Assembly: GCA_030704615.1 (NCBI GenBank)
Contig: CM060732.1
Span: forward strand, 39,122,001-39,186,000
Length of the DNA stretch: 64,000 bases
Direction: 5' to 3'
DNA from: Takakia lepidozioides
Lineage: Eukaryota; Plantae; Bryophyta
Shown: in pieces, positions 48,703-62,622 of the stretch
Numbering within the stretch: position 1 is the stretch's first letter
How the letters are laid out: each line of letters begins with the position of its first letter
The notes under the pieces: generated by a model
Told to the model about the DNA's origin: nothing
Seen by the model: the letters and a program-made list of their open reading frames with translations, nothing else
Databases searched by the model: none
Program-made: the position numbers and the translations under genes

Positions 48703-51356
48703 CTACTGTTGTGAAAGCTGGTTACCTGGTGCAATGTGCCAATCGAATGGTAAGCCTGCTGGCTGTACTCGGAGCTCATCCTCTGCCAGGGAACTGTGGG
48801 GACTACCCAACCTGGTAGTCAAATAAGCACCCCAAATATACTGGACAAACCCCCATAAGAGAATCGAAACCCCAACGATAGCTATGAACAGAATTGCAGT
48901 CAAATGCGATTGAGAAAACTTAATCCATCCAATGGGAATTAGGCTGACAAGAAACGACAAAACCCCCCAGGCGAAAAACTGGAATGCTCGAGACCAGTCA
49001 TCCTCACATCTGATCTCCCAGAAGGCCTCAAAAGTCCGACGGGGGAAGGGGGGTCGGTCTCCAAGTCTGTAGGTATCCACAAATCCCTTGCATTTAAACA
49101 TGAAGTCTTCTTCTGCCTCCTCATTCACATATGACTTTCCGTTCTTCAAAATGCTTCCGAGGATCAGTGTACATGTCACCATGGCAGTTGTCATCAGGCC
49201 GACAGTGATTGCTGTCAGTACACCATAGAAAATGATCCACATTAAGCCAACTTGGGTCTGATCAAACTGAAACTGTGTTAAGGTGACCACAGCGAAGCCA
49301 GCAAAAAGTGCAGCAAGATTAGAGATTGCCTTGAGCTGCTCCGATTTTTCTTCCACATCTCTCCGGTTCTTCTCTACAAACCTGCACACCAACCATGGTC
49401 AAAGGCAGAGGAATGGATCAGTATGACTTACAGTGCCTCCTTGACCCTTTGGGAATACTGCCTCCTAAGTGCCTAGGTATTCCGTCCCATCCCTGGGCTG
49501 TGTGTGTCATGTAACCTCCAGCATCTTCCCTTCTGGATTTGAAGTGCAGGAGGATCTACAGGGTGGGCCACAGCGCTCTAATCACTGGGCTGACTGTTTA
49601 AAGAGTAGGCTCGTAACCTGGGGGGTTGAGGCACAAACCCATTTTACAACCACATACGCATGAATTTCTCACGTATCACCATTTGCACATACAATGAAGT
49701 ACATGAAGGGCCACAGTATCACTTGGTAAAAGCTTGGCCAATGTAGTACTCACTAGTCGACAATGAGTGACAAACTGGACATCAGCCACTGGAAGTTGTA
49801 TTGGACTGCCAAGAGTCGTACATAGACTATTCATAGAGTGCTACAAACTGCAAATACATAATCCTGATTACGCAATCATTGCTTTTGAAATGTAACACAC
49901 TTCAACCTTGAAGGTCCAGGGTCCAATTCTAGCACAAGGGTATGTTACAAAAAGTTGACACCAGGGTGGTTGAACAACAACAACTCCGATTTTGATAAGG
50001 TCACATATTATCTCTATTAAAAAAGCTGCCCCTCCAGTTCTCCGTGCATCACTATCCTACCTTCACAATATTACTCAAACAATTTGGATGAAAATTGTAG
50101 CAGGCAACATCACATGAGCCTCCAGTCCTCTTTCATCTTCATATTTCACACGTTAGAAAGAAAAGCGTCAAAAAAGTCCATCAATCAGGAATGCTCTTTA
50201 CTCTCTGCCGTAAACGCAGCAAAATGAGCTTAGCTTCTTCTTCTCTCAAGTTTTTCTCTGAGTTGACATACCTTGTCCAAAGGTAACGTGCATTCTCCAC
50301 ATGTCGCTGTTCCATATCTTCATCCCGCCATCTGGTTGTACCGCAGGACAGTGTAATTCGTCAAAACGAAGACCCTACTGGACTCACAGACAGCATCTTT
50401 CTTGTCTTCAGATTCAATGGTCCAAAGCCAAGTGTCTGCATTCAAAAGAAATTGAAAATCATTGGATCTTTAGTAAAAAATCTGGAAAGAGCACTCTTCA
50501 TCACAGATATGAGGTTAAGTAGAAGGAAATTACACAAAAACTTTACTGCTTGTCCCCATGTTTCCTTAAATCATTCTGAACACAAGTATGATTGGTGTGA
50601 CTGGAGAAGTCCACAAGTACATAATCAGACTGAGGAGTTGCCTCCTACAGTGCAAAGGACTGTTGAAGCTGTCACAAAAGTTGTCATAACGGACCAGCAA
50701 AAATGTGGCTGAATAGATGCAAATGCAGTTCTCAGAACTGCAGAGGATGGTTGGTCCATACAGTGCAGACACATGACATACTTTGAGGACCTCTCTCTAG
50801 TACGTCCATGTTTGCCACAGTTGGTACGAGTTCCTTGGTTACTCTGGTTTCAGCTGGAGGACCTTGCCAGGGACTTGCCATAGGTCCTGCAAGAAAGTGC
50901 AGACTCAGCCCTGTCCTGTTGTTGGTTGCAAATATGCAGGTATGCTTAATGATGACCCTGCAAGCATACATAATAGAAGACTGTTGTTTGCAGACCAAAG
51001 ATGAAGAACGTCTGTGCAGAACAGCTCCGCATGGAGACAAGTCAATTGATAGTAATGGCGACAATTGTCGGTCCGTAAGCCTACGTTGTCAATTGCAGCT
51101 CCAAACCCTAAACCCAAGCCTGAGTCCTACAAAAAGTGAGATTGTTTGGGCGAAAACACTACCTTCCCTCATTGTCTCGCATAGCCTTCTCTTGCTCCAG
51201 ACTTTTACGTTCGTGGTCTCGGTATTCCAAGTCCTCTAATCTCCATGTCCGATCCTCTCCCCTCCATCTCCGATCCTCGTCACGCCAATGTTGAGACATA
51301 CTAGTGTCAAATGCTGTCAATATCACTTGCATGGCATCCATGGCCGACGACCCCAT
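48703..51356 (-). CDS. Orai (CRAC channel)-like four-TM protein; exons 51356-51163, 50331-50272, 49381-48703 (310 aa)
   Basis: TM1 QLKAISNLAALFAGFAVVTLTQFQFD aligns with Orai1 [26 protein letters not shown]; TM3 GVLSFLVSLIPIGWIKF aligns with GTLLFLAEVVLLCWVKF. Four hydrophobic segments; both introns are phase 2. Confidence 0.85.
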
Positions 51357-53015
51357 CGTGCTTCTCTTGGTTCTCTTTGTCCCTAGAAATCTGCTTGTAC
51401 ACGTTTGTCCCTCTGCTTAATCATTGATCTGGTTAATTCGAAGTGTCTCTTTCCTTTGAATAACAATGAAGTGTCTCCGTTCAAACATCTGCATCTCCAT
51501 CTCTCTGTTTATATCGCTCTCCCTCTCTCTTAATCGGCTGGTTATACAGAGGTCGAACCAGTGAGAATTGAAATGGGAGAACACAACAATTTGAAGCCTG
51601 AGACTACCACTTTCAACTTAATCGTGGCTGGAGACCTCGTAAACTAAGCATCGTCTTAGAAAATCTAGTCCTTCCAAGCTCTAACAGGCGATCCTTCTCA
51701 ATTGTAGTGCATAAAAATAGAGGTAAGAATCTCCTTCCGTCTGCGTCGTCCGTCCTCGTGGAAATGCACTCCCGAGAGGTTGGGATTCACGAGGGTTCCC
51801 TTACGCGCAGTAAGCACACTCAACATGAAGACGACTTTTTTCTCAAAATTCTTTACGATGCTTGTAAAGCTTGATAGATCAATCCCTTGATGCACTTGAA
51901 CACTGTGCTGCACTTCGAACGTTGACACCTTCTGTAAAAGGACTGTACCGATCGACTCATCAGTGTCTCCCTGGTACAGATGACTTGGCTACGGGGTGAT
52001 AAGTGATAACCAACACGCACCTAACTGGAACCTTGCAAGGAGGCCTTGGGCAAGGCAGTGACCTTGGCAAGCTATCGACCTGGCATGGTGTCCACCCTGA
52101 CAGCTAGCCGTGTCAACATGGAAGGGGAAAGAAAAGCCTAACACCTGAAAATTAGAAGCCCAAAAAGAAGAGACAGAGTGAAACACCGATAACCAAAGGA
52201 AAAGACTTTGCGGGGCAAAGACCTGGCCTATTTTATCTTCTTCTCAAAGCCTCCGAGCCATTTCTGCATCGATCGAGAGACTTGCAGGAGAGAGACAATT
52301 CCAAGGGACAACCCCAAGGGACAATCCCGTAACAGGAAAAGGCTATGATTATGTAAAGAGAGAGGCTCTTATTTATCTTGACTTCAATCACTAGTCATCT
52401 CCTCTCTCTGTCCAAGGAATCTATCCAGTATCTCGGAGTAGGGTTTACATAGAGTTTTATGTGAAGGAGACAGATGAACTGTCCTTTGAGGTCTCCGCAA
52501 ACATGATTTGTTCTTCCTTCTTTCCTTCCAATACATTTCCGATACCGCACCACTTGAATGGACAAGAACAAGGACAAGCTCAGTGGCCAGTGCTCAAATC
52601 TGCAAAGAGCACATAGAAACTCCATGCCTACACAGTTCACCTTTTTATTGGCACAATGGAAGATAAACAATTTTCCTCTTGCTGCATATCAAAGACACGC
52701 ATGAAATCAATGTGACTACAGCTAAGGAGACTGAAGGCTACCGAAGGAGAAAGGCTGTTCCTTCAGCTCAGCATGAACAAAAGACGAAAGGGGGACAGTA
52801 AAAGAGCTGGTCCCGACAAAACAGATGCCCCAAAACAGATGCCCCGAAGCCAAACTTTCCGAGTCTAATATTGACCCAGACACTGTTCAATCCGGAGACT
52901 ACACACAGTCCGCGCAGTTGAATTGAAACAACAACCTCCAATCATCTGATCTGAGGAACAAGGAAAGATGCTAGAGATGGCTTAGAGAGGAGATCAATTT
53001 TCCAACGCCAAAGGT

Positions 53016-56000
53016 TCAGAGGTGGGTCGGCGGAAAAATTTGCCGAACGAAGTCTTGGAACCGCTTGGCGTACAACTTGGGCTCCACAGCAGAGATGGAA
53101 ATTGAATCAAATTGAAATGCTTTGTAAGCATGCTCGATACGTTTACTAAGATTGTAGTTTTGCAGAATGTCAATTATGCCAAAATACAGCACAACGTCAT
53201 GGGATTCTCCAAAGAGCTCCCCCTCAAAATGCTTGCCGTTCTGCTCTTCTACCCTCCGATGTACACGATCTGCCCTCGCTGGCGTGTTCACACCCAGCTG
53301 TATCTTCAAACTGTGCAAACACAGACACCGTACATGCAATTCACGTTACTGCTGCCAGAATGGCTGAAAACATAATAAGCTTCAAGATCTGGAGCAATTG
53401 CAAAAATACAAGTTCCCAAGAATCTGTCCTTCTACAACTTCCAATTCAACAGGGCCCTTGATCTACACTATTATCTTGGGGTATGACAGTCTCCTCATGA
53501 AGTAGTCCACCATGTATAGTGCAGACAGCAAACACTAGCCAGAGGAGGCCAAATTATTCTAGCCTCGAGACAATGCTTACCGAGCAGTGCCTGGTAGAAG
53601 CAAGTCAACTTCGCCGTCCCCTGCGATCGATGCACGTAGTGGGCTACCACGTACATGGATTCCTGGGGTGCCCGTGCCCTCAAAACTACCCTCTCGGGCC
53701 ACCAACACTAACCCTCGTGTTGAAGTCCACTCTTCCTCTGCTCCAATAAAGATCAGCAGCGAATTAACTATTTGACCAATTTGCCATTTAAGTACCAACC
53801 CTGTCAAATGACAATTTCTTTCTTTTTGTGCACTACCTCTCTCTCCTCTGCATCTGTCTACCTACACCCCCCAGCCTTGTTTTCTCCCAATCCCATCATT
53901 CATAGCAGTTTTGCTTACTAACGTTGAACTACTCACTGGGCTTCTGTTGACTCAGATTGCAAATAACCATCTTTTTCATAGCCTGTCTTGATTTCCCCTG
54001 GTCTGAGATTATGACAACCAAACCGTTCAAAAAGCAGGATAAGCTTCTTAACAGTAATATTTCGCCCACAAACCTTACCACACTGGACTTCCACAACTGA
54101 TTATGCCTGGAATTGTGGCCCACATTATGGAGTTACCGTTGCGATCCTGAATAAATAATACAAGGTTAAAATGAATGCAAACTTAGAAGTCAAAGATACC
54201 CTCTTCGGCTGTGCCTGTGAATGATTCAGTTGGAGGCAGATCTGGAGTAGAGGAGGGGCCTGGAGACAAGGGAGCTGGATACTGGGGTGCCCTAAAGTGG
54301 AGGCCCAGCAACAGACTGTAATCCATAATGCCCCGACTCTTCAAAAACTTGCAATCGTAATCAATTTGCCTGCCCAAATTCACAGCAACAATCCATCACT
54401 TGAGATGTCATGGCATCACATGCTTTCAGATCTGGAATGAATATAATGGTCACTACAATGCCAACAAGGAGAGAGAAGACCACAACCAGCTTGTTGTGCA
54501 TGTGTCTATTTGAGATTGTCTCCATCTGTATGATCAATTTAAGCTCAATAAACAGCTTTCCGAACCAATTGAGTCCTTTCTTTACTCAAGAAACTCAAAA
54601 GTAAGCAATGACTGCCGACAAAGATGAGGCATGCATAATTGCACACACAACGTTACCTTAAAAGAGAGTGGCGCCATGAAGGGTCAAGACGGAACTCATA
54701 CTCAAGGTCAAGATCTTTCAGTGTGGTTGTTTCATCAATTTCCACCTTATCAGTGGAGCGCCCTTGTGAAGACCCTTTGAGGTCATAGCGGCGATGAATG
54801 CGAAGCTCTGTACAAAACATGTTGCCCATCACAATGAATCGCACCTGCACTCCAACACCAAGTTGTCTATTTAGATTTCTGTGGACATGCGTAAATGTAA
54901 AAGACAAACAAACACCGGTGATATTTCAGCTTACACAGGCGGTCCCCTGATGTAGTTGGCAGTGTCAATTTCTGTAACCACATGAGGAGAGGGAGTGTGC
55001 GCACATCTGATTGGTCGAACATGACACCTAAAATGAACTAGCACGTAGATGCATTGAACCTCAACAGTCAACAATGTCCTGGTCCAACAATCAGCGGTGG
55101 TACACGACACCTTTGCTTTTCAACTTCACTTGCATAAAGAATTAAGCGAAAAATACTTTGAATACAGGAAAACATGGAAATCCAGGAGATTTGGGCTTGA
55201 AACCACCTTCTGACCACCCTTAGGCTTGATCTGATGGAGACCAAAAAACTTGGTAATAAGTGTGTTTTCATACAATTTTACATGGTGGTGGTAAGCCTGC
55301 AGCATTGCCAGCAGCACCTGCCCTCCAATAACATTAATCCGCCAGCAACTTTGGTTAACATTAACAGCCAACGTCTATATTTTCAAATCAACCCGACCTT
55401 GACCATGTTCTAATGTCTATAGAAACTGATCCTGTTTCTTTGACAATTCTTGATTGTCGGAAGAACTTTTTGGCAGTAACCTGTTCGGAAGCGTGCAACC
55501 CTATCTGCACAAAAGCCAAAACCCTAGGTTGGTAATTGAGCACATGTGAGAGAGACATAGCTCGTATTTTGACTGTAGTGCCATCCATTATGGCATTTAC
55601 CACCACTATCAGCAAACACTCACCTGAGATCATACACTGCATAGAATATATAGGAAAATAAAATAACGCTAAGGACAAGTCATCTCACCTTGACTTCCGA
55701 CTTCTTCATTGTTTTGATCATAAAACGATCATCATGAGAAAGGTAAAAGACACTACCACTCTTGCCAGGGGACATAAGCTCTCGCAAAGCATCGTTCCCA
55801 CAAATGGAAAGCATATAGTCCGCTGCATCAATCTTGAACATTTCTCGTAAGTGCCTGCAGAAACCAGCTACCCTGATTCAGCCCACCCTGGCTCTCTTTC
55901 TCAAGAACTTAGGGCAGAATATGGAATGCGAGCTTGGCAATGGACAAAGACATGCCACTCAAAGTGAACAAGCTAAACTCTTTTTGATGAACTGGGCCCA

Positions 56001-58941
56001 CAACATTTACTAGATGTGAGTTTACGGCCCGAGAAAGTAGTGTGATCTGATGAACACATATACCTAAAAGGGGTCTTTAGTACCACTATGCTAGCCACAC
56101 TTTGGTCGAGCTAAACTGTATGGCAGTTGCTATCAAGCTGATTGGATCCTCCCTAGCTCCAAGGGCTAGCCATGTTGCAAACCCATCAATTCAACGTGGA
56201 GTCATATCTCTCCCACTAAAGATGTGAGGGTAAATATGCCCCTGCTCCTTGAGCTGGTTCCAGGTACCAACCAGACGTTCCAAATTAGTCGCTGATGCAG
56301 GAGTCCACTTCCAGTGAGTTGGCTTTATATGACAACTGGTTGCAAGAAACAGCGTAAAAGTGGCGACTGTGCCTCACATGAAGTCAAGAAGACCAACACA
56401 ACATAGGCATGATAGGAGGGAGACCCCTGACGTTCATCAGAGCTCAAAACAATCAGAATTGAGATTGGTGTAATCCCATCATTTGCCACATTCAAAGTAC
56501 TGTGAAATGACTTTCCATGGTATACAGTGCTTGCTCGAGTTTTTGTGTATTTGAGTTAAGTTACTCACGAGGGGCCTAGCCCAAGATTAAGAAAGGCATC
56601 TGAGACATCAATGCCAATATAATCCTACAGTGAACTAACAACAGTGTGCCTCCGTAAAATGTCTTGCTACCACTTGTTTCTGCAGGCCCCACATCAGGAC
56701 CACACTATACCTGAAAGTTCTCAGGTAAAGCTTCATAAACACACAAAAAATCAAGCATGTTGAGGTGCTGCATCCTTTTTCCTCCCGAAAGCAATGGAAA
56801 ACATGACAAAACGGACCTCACAAAACAGGGAAACTAGAATTTCCAACCACAACCAATGAGTACAGCTGAATGCAGTACCCCAAGCACTTCTGGACTTCCT
56901 GGCTGCATGCCAATTTACACAGAGAGAGATACATTATAATACTTTTTAGCGCATACAGCCAGAAGAGGAAACCTGAGAGGGGGATAGATGGAAAGGGGAA
57001 GAGAAAAGGGGAGAGGAAGAGAACCTGAAGACCACCGGACAGTAGTCCTTCCACTTGAAATCAGTTGAATTATGAGGAGGGGTGAAAGTAGTTCCCAGTC
57101 TGGGAAAACTCACGTGAATGCTGGCCCGCCATCCAAAGTCCTGGGGACAAATTTCGTGCTTGGGCTCTGGAGTTATCTTGCCCACCGTGTACCTGTGCAT
57201 TTCATAACCATGGCTTATTCAAGGATGACACAAATACTAGATAAAGGCAAGAATTGTTTTATAGAAACATCCCTCTGCTCTCGCATCAGATTCACTGGCC
57301 ACCATTCCTCTCTCCCTGCCTTGTGCTGCATTAATAACTGTGGCCAGGGAATAAAACTGGTCTGCCCAGCTCCATGCAAATAGCATACCCACTTTCGGGA
57401 TTTCTTTCAGTGACAGCACAAGTACGTGACATCCAGTAGGAGCTTTACCTGATGCCAAGCTGCAAATTGACCATGAGGTCATAACTCCGGTGGCCCCTGA
57501 AAATGGTTTCCCCAGGTCTCGTCATCTCCTTGATTGCCCTCCGCTGCCGTCTCCTCTTTGACCCCATGGAACCCGCACTTTCTTTCACTAATTCGCTCAT
57601 CAACACACCCTGCACATATTCGCGTACAACTATAGTGGGTGGGAGGGGTCCCACAGAGTCCAGTGAATGTCCCCCACTCTTCTCTACCCCTTCCGAAATT
57701 GTCTCTCCTGTCCACCAGTTGGTCCCATCCAACCCCAGCCCCCGTTCCAATGGGCTTTCCATGCTCCATCGCCGCTGTAAATGATAGTGTGGATGTTCCT
57801 TGCTCCTTGAAAACTCACCCAGTTGGGGTATTTTCTCCGATGATGAAGTTCGGCTCGCTCGACGTCGTGGCCGTACTGCATATTCCACACCTTCCAGGCC
57901 TATCCTGCTGGTGCGTTGCAGAGTTCGAATAGAATCATTCATGGCACCAATTGCCTCACTATTTCGCAGCATCAATCTCATGTCAGGAGGCTGGCAGCCC
58001 ACAGGGTAAAACACTCCCTTCCCATCTTTCAAGCCCCTACTCCAAGTCCCAATATAGCAGCTTCCGTCTGCCCAGACGTAAATCCCATGACCGTGCTCTA
58101 AACCGTCCAGCCATTGCCCATCAAAGACGTCCCCACTTGACCAGGTCAAAACCCCCTTTCCACACATTGAGCCTCCTCTCCACTCGCCATAATACTCATT
58201 ACCATTCGCCCACTCATACCTTCCAATGCCCTCTTGGACACCCTGCCGCCAGTACCCTTCATAGACATCACCATTGGCGTATCGTTTACGACCATGCCCA
58301 TGCTTGACATTCATACTCCAGTGACCCTTATAAGTGGTGCCACCAACTCCAGTATATGTCCCCACTCCATGCATGTAACCACCCATAAAATCACCCTCAT
58401 AGGTTGCCCCTGATGGCCACGAAATCTTCCCCTTCCCAGTCTTCTTCCCTCTCCCCCATTCACCTTCATACATACACCCATCTGCCCACAAGTACTTGCC
58501 AGTTCCCTCTGGCAAGCTCCCTTGCCATGTCCCAACGTAAAAGTCGCCATTGGGTAGAACTTTCTCACCAGTAATGGTCACCTGTGAGGAGCTGCCATCA
58601 GGAAACAAAGGAGAAAAGGAGGTCCTCGATCTATGCTCTTCATCATCACTCGTACTCTCGGACAACCTTTTGTGAGGCGGTTCAATGCTATGCAACTCCA
58701 GAGGAGAACCAAATTGCTTTCCTTTCGGGGTCTTGGAGAGCTTAACTTCCCTGCCAACATCCACATGGGGCACTGGACCAGACATGCAGATGATGCCACT
58801 AGGAACTGTCCTTTCTGGAGCCACGGCTCGTTTCCGCGCCCGCCACTGGAAGTTAAAAAAGAGATTCCGAATCACGCGCACAGTATAGTAGACAACATCG
58901 TCGTCCAAGGTCCGACCTGAGCCACCTTCGGTCGCCACCAT
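53016..58941 (-). CDS. PIP5K: MORN-repeat phosphatidylinositol 4-phosphate 5-kinase (subfamily B, PIP5K7/8/9-like); exons 58941-57449, 57192-57025, 55854-55689, 55317-55207, 54844-54657, 54369-54200, [54002-53937 optional], 53737-53581, 53310-53016
   Basis: Tandem MORN repeats (YxGxW..G..HG.G...W..G), [78 protein letters not shown] and [14 protein letters not shown]. Confidence 0.95.
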
Positions 58942-61900
58942 GCCAAATTTGCTGTAATCTCTTTCAAGTCTTCAGTTTCCGTTCTTGAATACTCAAAGAA
59001 GCCCAGGAGATTTGGACACTGAACACACTTCCAGTGTGACCTGGTTTTCTGCCTCACCCTACTGGCTTGCTTAACCCTTCAGGCTATAGTAGATAAGGAT
59101 TCTTCACAAAGGGGAGGGCCACCTTGTCAGAATTTCCAAGTAAAATTATGAAGTCAAAACCAAGGAGAGGTTACATCTCAGGTACATATCCTATCCGCCA
59201 TGGGTACATCTCCGCATGCCATCTAGCCGTACTATGTCTTGGATGAAGCGTACATGGATACCTGCACAATATTTCTGTTACAGCCTTCTCAGTTAGAGCC
59301 TTCATGGGGAAATCTGTCGGGCCTTCTTTCAGAGAACCCTGTTGTGAACACCTTCAAAGGATCTACTCATCCAGGCAATAGTTCAGTAGTAAATTGATGT
59401 GAAATCCCTGGCCCCTTGCAGTAGCAACTCTACCCTTTTGACTGACAAAAAGCAACCTGTCAGAACCCAAGCGTTTCCCCCCTCGTCTTGTCCACCAAAA
59501 GCGTCCTCCCTGCTGTAACAGCTGTCTATTATCCACAGCCATGGTGAAGCAAATTTACGGTGTGGCATGGTCCCTCAGCGCTCTCGGCACTGCAGTGAGT
59601 TCAGAGTTTAAAGCGACAGCTGCATTGAAAGAAGAAACAAAATCTACGTAGGCACAAATAAGGAGAAGCAGGCAAGAATCCTGGGAATGTAAGGGAATTC
59701 TTATCACTCAGAAATTTGGCACACATCCATACTATGAGGAACTTTTTTGAATGTCTTACAATGCCTCCTCTTATCCAGCTGAGAATTCCAGTAGAACCCA
59801 CCTAAGACGAACATTTTCCGGCCTCTCTCTGAAGGGTTGAATCGAAGGCCCTGAAAGAAGAGACCCCCACCTCATCTAATGGCCGATGCAAATCTCTACC
59901 TGTCGCCTGACACTCTGCTTGCCTTTGATGAACCAAATCTCAATGCCAATGCTCTTTGACCCGATCCACCAGTGAGACCGAAGGGGGAGCATCTGTACAC
60001 CCGTTTGATACTATCATCTAACCCTAATTGCGCAACACCCGCAGCCCGGGGCTGCGATCATCACGTCGAACGGGCAGCAAGAGTCCAGCGTGCGTTTGGC
60101 AAAGCCTCAGCGAGCAGAATCGAAAGTCATACCCCAAGTTCAAACACCACGGGACACTAGAAATGCCGACATACACGGCATCGTCCCTCCTCCATTCTGC
60201 ACCAGCACATTCACCAAACCTATCTCAGACGGGATGCAGGGGATGCAGGGGATGCAGTTACACGACAACCTCGGAGAGGAGCTGCGGACCCTGGATCCAG
60301 CAACAACACAACACTGAACGATCTCAACACTCACAGACCGCACAAGCAAGGACGAAACGATACATACAGAAAACAATTTGGTGGATTCTTCCACTGCAAT
60401 CGAGTTGCACAAATCTCCTCCACAACATCTCTCTTCCCGGCCTCGCAGATCCCAGAGATATCCAGAGATCCAGGGCAGCACGACAGGAAATGGTGACGGA
60501 GCCTGCTAGGGCAGTTTTTGCTCTGCTCTTCTTTCTCTTTGTATTCCGTGTCGGCGCTGCTCGGGGGCCATGCTGGCGCCCCATTTTCCATTTTCCATTT
60601 CTGAATATTCACAAAATTAAATTAAAATTAAAATCAAAATTTCCCTCCAAAAGCGGTAAGCTGTGATCTACTTGGCCTGCTGCCGGCTGTCAGCTTTTTG
60701 AATCTAGACCCACCTGGTGCCGTTTTTATATATATATAGGTGACTAGGAGATGGGTTAGCGGCAAACGTTATGGGATATATCATAAACCGCTGCTTGCCA
60801 CTTGGACCCACATTAAATTCAAATTAATTCCATCACTTTAGTTAGTGTGCAGGTTTGATCGGATGGTTCATTCATGATTGTTCCCCCGGCTTTTCTTTTT
60901 CGTTTTTTCGGCTTTTTGTTTTTTGTTTTGGAATTGGGAAAGAGAGTTGAAGTTAGATTTTAATTTTCTATTATCTGACAATGATTGGTGTCTGACTACG
61001 AAATAGATAGAGAATATTATCTGTATTAATTAGCAGGCAGATATTGGCCAAATGATAAGCCCCATAAGACATTACCTGCATGCAGGTAATTTCAAGGCTA
61101 CTCACAGGTAGTTTAGCTTGTCAGAAGCGTGTGATTGGAAACATACAACCATTGTAGCGTTGGCCTCTAATAGACTCCAAGGGTCATAGACCAAGTTTTC
61201 GAACATTTCCAAGACTTTGGGTGGGAGGTAAACGATAATAGTCGGCTCTTAGTTATGCCGGCTTTGGCTGGAGTCTTCTTCTTGTTCTTCGACTCGGTCC
61301 GAAAACTATAGCACTTTGTGCACGTCACATCTCGTCCAAAAAGCTCTAAAAAGGAGTGGCTAGTTGCGTAATGTCTCCTGTTGTTAATCGTGAGATCTAC
61401 TTTCATCCATAATAAACTTAAAAACTCGTAGAATTATGCCCCTATGTTAACTTAACTTTACGAATCGACTTTCGGGCTTTCAGTCGTGTTTTTCCATGGT
61501 CATGATTTCATCCATTTCTTCTTCATCACTTATTATACAGGAGGGGTTAGTTGGGGAAGGTACCAGAGGATCAAACTTGTTGGTGTTACCTTTAGTACTG
61601 GCACCTAGTCTTCTCAAGGAGGGGCCACTTTTAAATTTTTAAATTTTTAAAAAGTATTATGTGTCAGATGGGTACCCAAAATAAAGACCTGCTTGGCCTT
61701 TTGGATTTGGGTTAGAGCAGGGAATGGCATTTTTGAGAGGACAAGTGGTCATTGTCATTGTCATTCCTTTTCAAGCAACTGTCCTATTTTCTTCTACTTC
61801 TCCATCACATCGTGATGTAAGTTGTTTTAGAAACACTCGAATATGACAAAGCTCCTGAAAAGGAGAGTTAAGGAACTAATTGAGAGCTCAGAAGAGGCAT

Positions 61901-62622
61901 AGTACAACTGCAGTTCTTAAAGAAGAGCAATCTTTGCAAGTGCAATCAAAGATACACTAAGTATCTGCTACTTAGAGCACAGCTTAAGACAGTACGGTTG
62001 CTGGGACTTCAAAGTTCATATGTACCAAAGCAATGAATGGGGGCTTGTTTGAATGCCAGGCACCCAAGTTCGTTCGTTCCTTCTTAGAAGAGTCTGGAAG
62101 AAATATGTACAAAAGCGCACTTGGTGAGGTTACATCAAATAATGCTCCTTCTCTCTCTCTCTCTCTCTCAAGTGCCCATCAGAATCCTGCAAAGTTGCAC
62201 AGAGGGATAGAAATCTCACCATACGAAAACCTCCTGCTAAAGGATTGGAGGAGTTGCCTTCATGAATCAGCTCATGGAGTGGTGCAACCATTGTCACAGT
62301 GGTTGATTGTAGATAAAACGACAAAGACATACAAAATTATCATGGCTGGAAAGCCCCACCAGTGATGCCCAAGTGCATGTCATAGTCAATGTCTATTATG
62401 ATGGCGCATGGGGATCATGGACAAGGTGATTGTCCACTTTGGCTGACTGGCCAACGTAGAAGCAGAGGACCTTTTATCTTTAAAATCGTCATCGAATTTT
62501 GTTTCATCAAAAGATCTTTGTTGTGTTACCAATTTGATCCAGATGCAAGCTGGGTTTTCCAGTAACATGCCATGGTACAACTTAGGGCTTCAATTCCCCC
62601 TTTTATTTAACAATTGAAGAAG

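Noticed and set aside
60028-60666. 212-aa ORF and overlapping ORFs with (GGGATGCAG)3
   Set aside because: GC-rich 5' leader/promoter region of PIP5K with no protein features; the peptide repeats arise from a 9-bp micro-repeat.
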